From the NCBI GenBank assembly GCA_044348555.1, contig JBIKSQ010000001.1, positions 1-38,892 of the forward strand: a stretch of DNA of 38,892 bases, read 5' to 3'. Source of the stretch: Candidatus Nanopelagicales bacterium (GTDB taxonomy: Bacteria > Actinomycetota > Actinomycetes > S36-B12 > UBA5976). Of this stretch, positions 34,943 to 38,892 are shown piece by piece (positions within the stretch are counted from its first letter, which is position 1; every line of letters begins with the position of its first letter). Below the pieces are notes generated by a model that had not been told where the DNA came from, did no database searches, and worked only from the letters and a program-made list of their open reading frames with translations. The translations under genes were made by a program, and so were the position numbers.

Positions 34943-36000
34943 TGGGAAAAATGATTGAAAATGTTTGGCGTGGATTTGCAAGCGACAACTACGCAGGAAT
35001 GCATCCGGAAGTGCTCGCTGCAATTGCAGCGGCAAACGTCGGACATCAGTCTGCTTATGGTGATGACGAAGTAACCGCGAAACTCCAATCAGTCGTTGAA
35101 CTCAATTTTGGACCAACCGCAAAAGTGTTTCCAGTGTTCAACGGAACCGGCGCAAACGTCACAGCCCTTCAAGCGATGCTGAATTCGTGGGAAGCGGTCA
35201 TTTGCGCTGACACCGCTCACATAAACGTTGATGAGGGTGGTGCACCCGAGAAGGTTGCTGGCCTAAAGCTTTGGACGGTTCCAAACTCTGATGGAAAGTT
35301 GACTCCAGAATTAATCAGATCTCAAGCTTTCGATTTTGGTTCGGTGCATCGTGCCCAACAGCGAGCAGTTTCCATTACCCAGTCAACAGAACTTGGAACG
35401 GTTTATTCGATCGCCGAGTTAAAGGAAATCGTGAAAACTTCACACGAGCTGGGACTTTATGTGCATCTTGACGGAGCTCGAATTGCTAATGGTGCTGCAG
35501 CCCTAGGTGTCACCCTCAAAGAAATGACAACTGATGTCGGCATCGATGTGGTTTCTTTTGGCGGCACCAAAAACGGCGCGATGGGCGCTGAGGCTGTTAT
35601 TGCGCTTAACCCAGAAGCACTTCCACATTATGAATTCGTACGAAAGTCTGCGATGCAGTTGGCCAGCAAGATGCGTTTTATCAGTGCCCAGTTGATCGCA
35701 CTTCTAGAGAATGATTTGTGGTTGCGGAATGCTCAGCATGCAAACAAAATGGCTGGGTTGTTAGCTAGTGAAGTCTCAGAAATTTCAGGAGTGGTGTTGC
35801 CCCGTAAAGTTGAGGCAAATGCAGTGTTTCCAATATTGCCAGCCGCTGTAACTGAAAAACTCCAGCAGGACTTTAAGTTTTACACGTGGAATCAATCAAC
35901 CGGAGAAGTTCGATGGATGTGCAGTTGGGATACAACTGCCGATGATGTTCAATCATTCGTTGCTGCAGTGCGAACTGAAATGAAGGCTCACACTTCGTAA
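34942..36000 (+). CDS. ltaE: low-specificity L-threonine aldolase (PLP, beta-eliminating lyase family)
   Basis: FASDNYAGMHPEVL, YGDDEVT, FNGTGANVTAL, HINVDEGGAPE and FGGTKNG (PLP Lys region). The GTG at 34942 shares a base with the upstream TAG. An alternative ATG is at 34951. Confidence 0.85.
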   Translation: MGKMIENVWRGFASDNYAGMHPEVLAAIAAANVGHQSAYGDDEVTAKLQSVVELNFGPTAKVFPVFNGTGANVTALQAMLNSWEAVICADTAHINVDEGGAPEKVAGLKLWTVPNSDGKLTPELIRSQAFDFGSVHRAQQRAVSITQSTELGTVYSIAELKEIVKTSHELGLYVHLDGARIANGAAALGVTLKEMTTDVGIDVVSFGGTKNGAMGAEAVIALNPEALPHYEFVRKSAMQLASKMRFISAQLIALLENDLWLRNAQHANKMAGLLASEVSEISGVVLPRKVEANAVFPILPAAVTEKLQQDFKFYTWNQSTGEVRWMCSWDTTADDVQSFVAAVRTEMKAHTS

Positions 36001-36018
36001 CAAAATGTCGTGGCGCTC

Positions 36019-36462
36019 TTAAATGTCGAGTGGCCGATTTTCAAAAGGTGTTGAAAGCACAAAAGTAGTTTTGGTAGAGACATTGCATGCGGCGCGAATT
36101 CGCATGAGTAAATCCTCAAGCCCAACCGGTTCAGATACGCGAACCTTCAGTATGTAACTTTCGGATCCTGCTACGGACCAGCAAGAATCAACTTCTGGGA
36201 AACTCTCTAGTCGTTCGGGAGTGTCATCGGGAGCAGATGGGTCGATTGGGGTGAGCGATACCAGTGCCGTGATTGGAAGTCCCACTTCCCGCGGATCAAT
36301 GTCGGCGGTGTAGCCCCGAATGACTCCGCGTTGTTCAAGCCGCTTTACGCGTTGGTGAAGAGCTGAAGTAGAAAGTCCGGTTTCTCGCCCAACATCCGCG
36401 AAAGACATTCGGCCATCCCGACTCAGAAGTTGCAAGATTTTTTGGTCTAGTGCGTCATCCAT
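36019..36462 (-). CDS. Lrp/AsnC family transcriptional regulator
   Basis: LDQKILQLLSRDGRMSFADVGRETGLSTSALHQRVKRLEQRGVIRGY is the AsnC HTH, followed by a C-terminal RAM/ACT-like domain. Confidence 0.9.
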   Translation of the reverse strand: MDDALDQKILQLLSRDGRMSFADVGRETGLSTSALHQRVKRLEQRGVIRGYTADIDPREVGLPITALVSLTPIDPSAPDDTPERLESFPEVDSCWSVAGSESYILKVRVSEPVGLEDLLMRIRAACNVSTKTTFVLSTPFENRPLDI

Positions 36463-36510
36463 GGTCTCATCGAATCACAAAGTTTGCTTTAGGACTAGCC
36501 AACTTTGAAA

Positions 36511-37107
36511 CTAGCTCGTAGCTAAGCGAAGCGCAAAAAACGCCAACCCAACAGCGATAGTTAAATCAATTCTTCGAAGCACTGCTGGATTGGTGAGCAG
36601 AGGGCGGAGTTGGGCTGCAGCAAGCACCAGGGTGGCCAGCCAGAGCATGCCCCAGAGCGCATGAATACCTGCCAGCAGTAGACCGCCAGCCACTGGAGCA
36701 ATCCCTGCAGGCAGAAACTGTGGCATGACAGTGATGTAGAAAATGCCGGCTTTTGGGTTGAATAAATTGCTGGCAAATCCTTTCCAGAACAAGTTTTTTG
36801 GAATTTCAGTCTCTTCGAAGTTGTTTCGGGATTGCGATCGAACAATGTCGATAGCGAGGTATGACAAATAGCAGACCCCGGCGATTTTTAGCAGTTGAAA
36901 CCAGATTGAGCCTTCAGTCAGAAGAGCTGCTGCCCCAAGTCCAGCAAGTGGACCCCAAATAAACAAACCGGAAAGAATTCCGGCTGAGACAACAAAACCA
37001 GCGCGTCGCGAAATCATTAGAGATGTGCGTAGCGTGAGGGCGTTGTCTGCACCAGGTAGCAAAGTCAAACCCAGCGCTAACAGGGAGTATTCCCAAACAC
37101 CTGACAC
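36511..37107 (-). CDS. LysE/RhtB family amino-acid exporter
   Basis: 198 aa with 6 TM helices and the N-terminal LTLLPGADNALTL motif (PGP/PGA-type). GTG start with an AGGAG Shine-Dalgarno. Confidence 0.85.
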   Translation of the reverse strand: MSGVWEYSLLALGLTLLPGADNALTLRTSLMISRRAGFVVSAGILSGLFIWGPLAGLGAAALLTEGSIWFQLLKIAGVCYLSYLAIDIVRSQSRNNFEETEIPKNLFWKGFASNLFNPKAGIFYITVMPQFLPAGIAPVAGGLLLAGIHALWGMLWLATLVLAAAQLRPLLTNPAVLRRIDLTIAVGLAFFALRLATS

Positions 37108-37151
37108 GAGCCGCTCCTGATAAGTTCGTTTTAATCTGCCAAACTAAGCGT

Positions 37152-37505
37152 ATGGTAAATATTTTAGGAAAATGGGCATCTCTCTCAGTTGCGTTTTGGG
37201 CAGCTGAATCATTATTGCCTGGAGTCACAGTTACGGGCGAAGCATCAACCTACTTGTTGATTGCATTCATCTTTGGGATTGTGAATGTCACGGCCGGCAC
37301 TCTCTACAGACTTTTGACTTTTCCAATAACTATTTTGACCCTTGGGCTATGGTCATTTGTAGTGAACGCGTTTATGTTGCTTGCAACTGACAGTTTCTTA
37401 GATGCACTTTTTGTTGATGGATTCTGGTGGGCGCTAGCCGGTGCGCTAGTCATCAGTTTTGTATCTTCAGTAGTAAACAGTGTTTTGAGTTCAGTCACCA
37501 AGTAG
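37152..37505 (+). CDS. DUF360 / phage-holin-4_2 family small membrane protein
   Basis: 117 aa with 3-4 TM helices and the layout typical of YvlD/DUF360 (WAAESLLPGVTV, LLTFPITILTLGLWSFVVNAFML). Confidence 0.65.
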   Translation: MVNILGKWASLSVAFWAAESLLPGVTVTGEASTYLLIAFIFGIVNVTAGTLYRLLTFPITILTLGLWSFVVNAFMLLATDSFLDALFVDGFWWALAGALVISFVSSVVNSVLSSVTK

Positions 37506-37991
37506 TTTCACGCTTGGAAGGCCAATTTCGCCAAGCAAGAAATCCACTATTGATTGCCAGTCTGGAAAGTCCTTGGCAGTGCCATCTTTGTGCATTCCGA
37601 AATGAAGCTGGATCCCGGTGAAATTCGGATGTAGGTTGTCGTCAATTAGGTAGTCGCCAACATTTAGATGCTTGTTGTGGCTGATAGTGACTTTCTTATA
37701 GAAGGCTGTTCCGGGTGAATCTCCAAAGTGTTGTTTGATCCACGCGAGTTTCTGAGAAGGTGCAGCTGGGTTGTCCCAGGGCGAAGTTGTCAGAATATGC
37801 AGGTCGTAGTGCTGGGTAAGCACATCAACTGCAGAGATGGCGCCAGCCATCGGCTTCGCGTTTGCAAAGACTTCAAGATCTGCATCGAGTGGGTCACTGA
37901 CTTGGCCACCAGATTGAACAATTGCATCAAAGTGACCGATAAAGTCGACCAGCGTTCCATCCATATCGATGTAGACGATTTTCTTTGTCAT
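37491..37991 (-). CDS. HAD-superfamily 5'(3')-deoxyribonucleotidase-like phosphatase
   Basis: HAD motif I is IYIDMDGTLVDF (DxDxT). Size (166 aa) and layout resemble NT5C-type nucleotidases. Specificity is not established. Confidence 0.5.
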   Translation of the reverse strand: MTKKIVYIDMDGTLVDFIGHFDAIVQSGGQVSDPLDADLEVFANAKPMAGAISAVDVLTQHYDLHILTTSPWDNPAAPSQKLAWIKQHFGDSPGTAFYKKVTISHNKHLNVGDYLIDDNLHPNFTGIQLHFGMHKDGTAKDFPDWQSIVDFLLGEIGLPSVKLLGD

Positions 37992-38006
37992 CTTTTTCCC
38001 CCTTTT

Positions 38007-38858
38007 TTATTGGTTTGATGCAAGCCACGAGCCTGCTAGGACAAGCGGGAAGCCGATGGCAATCCCAAGAGTTAAAACCTCATCTAGAAAAACAATACCT
38101 AACACGATCGCAACCGCTGGATTGAAGTAGGTGATAAGGGTGGATCGCATTGGTCCAATCTCTGCAACCAGTGCAAAGAAAACCAAAAATGCAGCAACCG
38201 TGCAAACAAGTGCCAGCACCACCACAGCACTTATGACGGGTGGGCTTGGGACTTCTGCAGGCCACCGGACGATTGCGAACGGTAAATAAACTAGTGAAAC
38301 GAAAGCTAGTGAGAAAGCAATAATGGTTGCCGAATCAGCATCGGCAGGTGTGTCATTGATAATGACAGGTCCAAACGCGTAGCCAACCGCGGCCAACAAC
38401 ACCATACCGATTGCTAGCAACCCCGAATCTGACATTGCAGAACCGTCACCGACCAACAGACTGACCCCAATCAGCCCGACAGCAAGTCCAACCAAACGTT
38501 TCCCGGTTGGTTTTTCGCCACGGCTGTACGCAATCACAACCCCAACTAGAGGAACCGTCGCTAATAGCAAGCCGGTTAGACCCGATGAGATTTCCATCTC
38601 CGCCCGCGAAATAAACCACCAGGGGAAGACCATCTCGACGGCTCCGAACAGCAAACCAAATTTCCAGTACTTCAAGTTTCTGCGGAGTTGGCCGCGGTAC
38701 CAGCTCCAAAGCAGAAGCAAAATTGCAGAAGGCAAGGTTCGAGCAAAGACTGTGATGACTGGGTCGAGTTCCTCGACTGCGATCTTGATGAATAGGTAAG
38801 GCAAACCCCAAATGATTGAAAGCGCTACAAAGAGGGTCAATCCGCGTCGTGTCATCAT
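38007..38858 (-). CDS. EamA/DMT family transporter
   Basis: 283 aa with 10 hydrophobic helices as two EamA repeats. The N-terminal WGLPYLFIKIAV block is typical of this family. Confidence 0.85.
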   Translation of the reverse strand: MMTRRGLTLFVALSIIWGLPYLFIKIAVEELDPVITVFARTLPSAILLLLWSWYRGQLRRNLKYWKFGLLFGAVEMVFPWWFISRAEMEISSGLTGLLLATVPLVGVVIAYSRGEKPTGKRLVGLAVGLIGVSLLVGDGSAMSDSGLLAIGMVLLAAVGYAFGPVIINDTPADADSATIIAFSLAFVSLVYLPFAIVRWPAEVPSPPVISAVVVLALVCTVAAFLVFFALVAEIGPMRSTLITYFNPAVAIVLGIVFLDEVLTLGIAIGFPLVLAGSWLASNQ

Positions 38859-38892
38859 CCGAGCCTAATGTGATGCGTAAGTCAGAGGTTTA

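Noticed and set aside
37152-37505. Holin-family annotation as a hint of a prophage
   Set aside because: There are no neighbouring lysin, portal, terminase, integrase or att-like repeats. DUF360-type membrane proteins are common chromosomal genes.
1-38892. CRISPR arrays, tandem repeats, IS elements, integrases, tRNA/rRNA genes, toxin-antitoxin pairs or recognisable defence genes
   Set aside because: Reading both strands, I found no repeat-spacer periodicity, no transposase or recombinase motifs and no cloverleaf-like intergenic sequences. The intergenic space is too small to hide them. A computational repeat scan would still be worthwhile.

Overview
Gene-dense chromosomal segment, roughly 95% coding, with many 1-25 nt gene overlaps and ATGA-type start/stop junctions. 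GC is in the high 40s % by eye. I saw no rRNA, tRNA, CRISPR array, transposase, integrase or phage block. The gene content suggests a small, streamlined planktonic actinobacterium: LCP ligase, YkuD L,D-transpeptidase, mycoredoxin-like glutaredoxin, DinB, TetR, NarL-type two-component system and a rhamnose wall-glycan cluster. That taxon call is inference only. Left to right the window holds: (1) a truncated secreted hydrolase; (2) a co-oriented minus-strand run of response regulator, histidine kinase, an unlisted 46-aa zinc-ribbon ORF and an FeS-type (6-4)-photolyase-like protein; (3) malic enzyme, a PaaK/CapK-like adenylating enzyme and TetR; (4) a clear TPP riboswitch in front of thiBPQ; (5) an SQR-like flavoprotein, TusE/DsrC-like and DsrE-like sulfur-trafficking trio; (6) an L,D-transpeptidase and DinB; (7) a ~15 kb wall-polysaccharide island (14.9-29.8 kb); (8) cbiM, a PDGLE protein, cbiQ and cbiO; (9) a glutaredoxin-like protein; (10) a 694-aa two-domain orphan abutting threonine aldolase; (11) Lrp, LysE, a DUF360-type membrane protein, a HAD nucleotidase and an EamA transporter. 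The island contains rmlCA/rmlBD, an orphan NDP-hexose 2,3-dehydratase, a GT61, three sulfotransferase-type domains in two genes, RgpF-like proteins, a Wzm/Wzt exporter, a DUF1972 GT4 and an LCP ligase. The best candidates for undescribed biology are the sulfotransferase-rich Rgp-like rhamnan island with its orphan 2,3-dehydratase, and the 694-aa orphan with a possible two-motif metal site. All functional calls come from motif recognition by eye. No database search was run.
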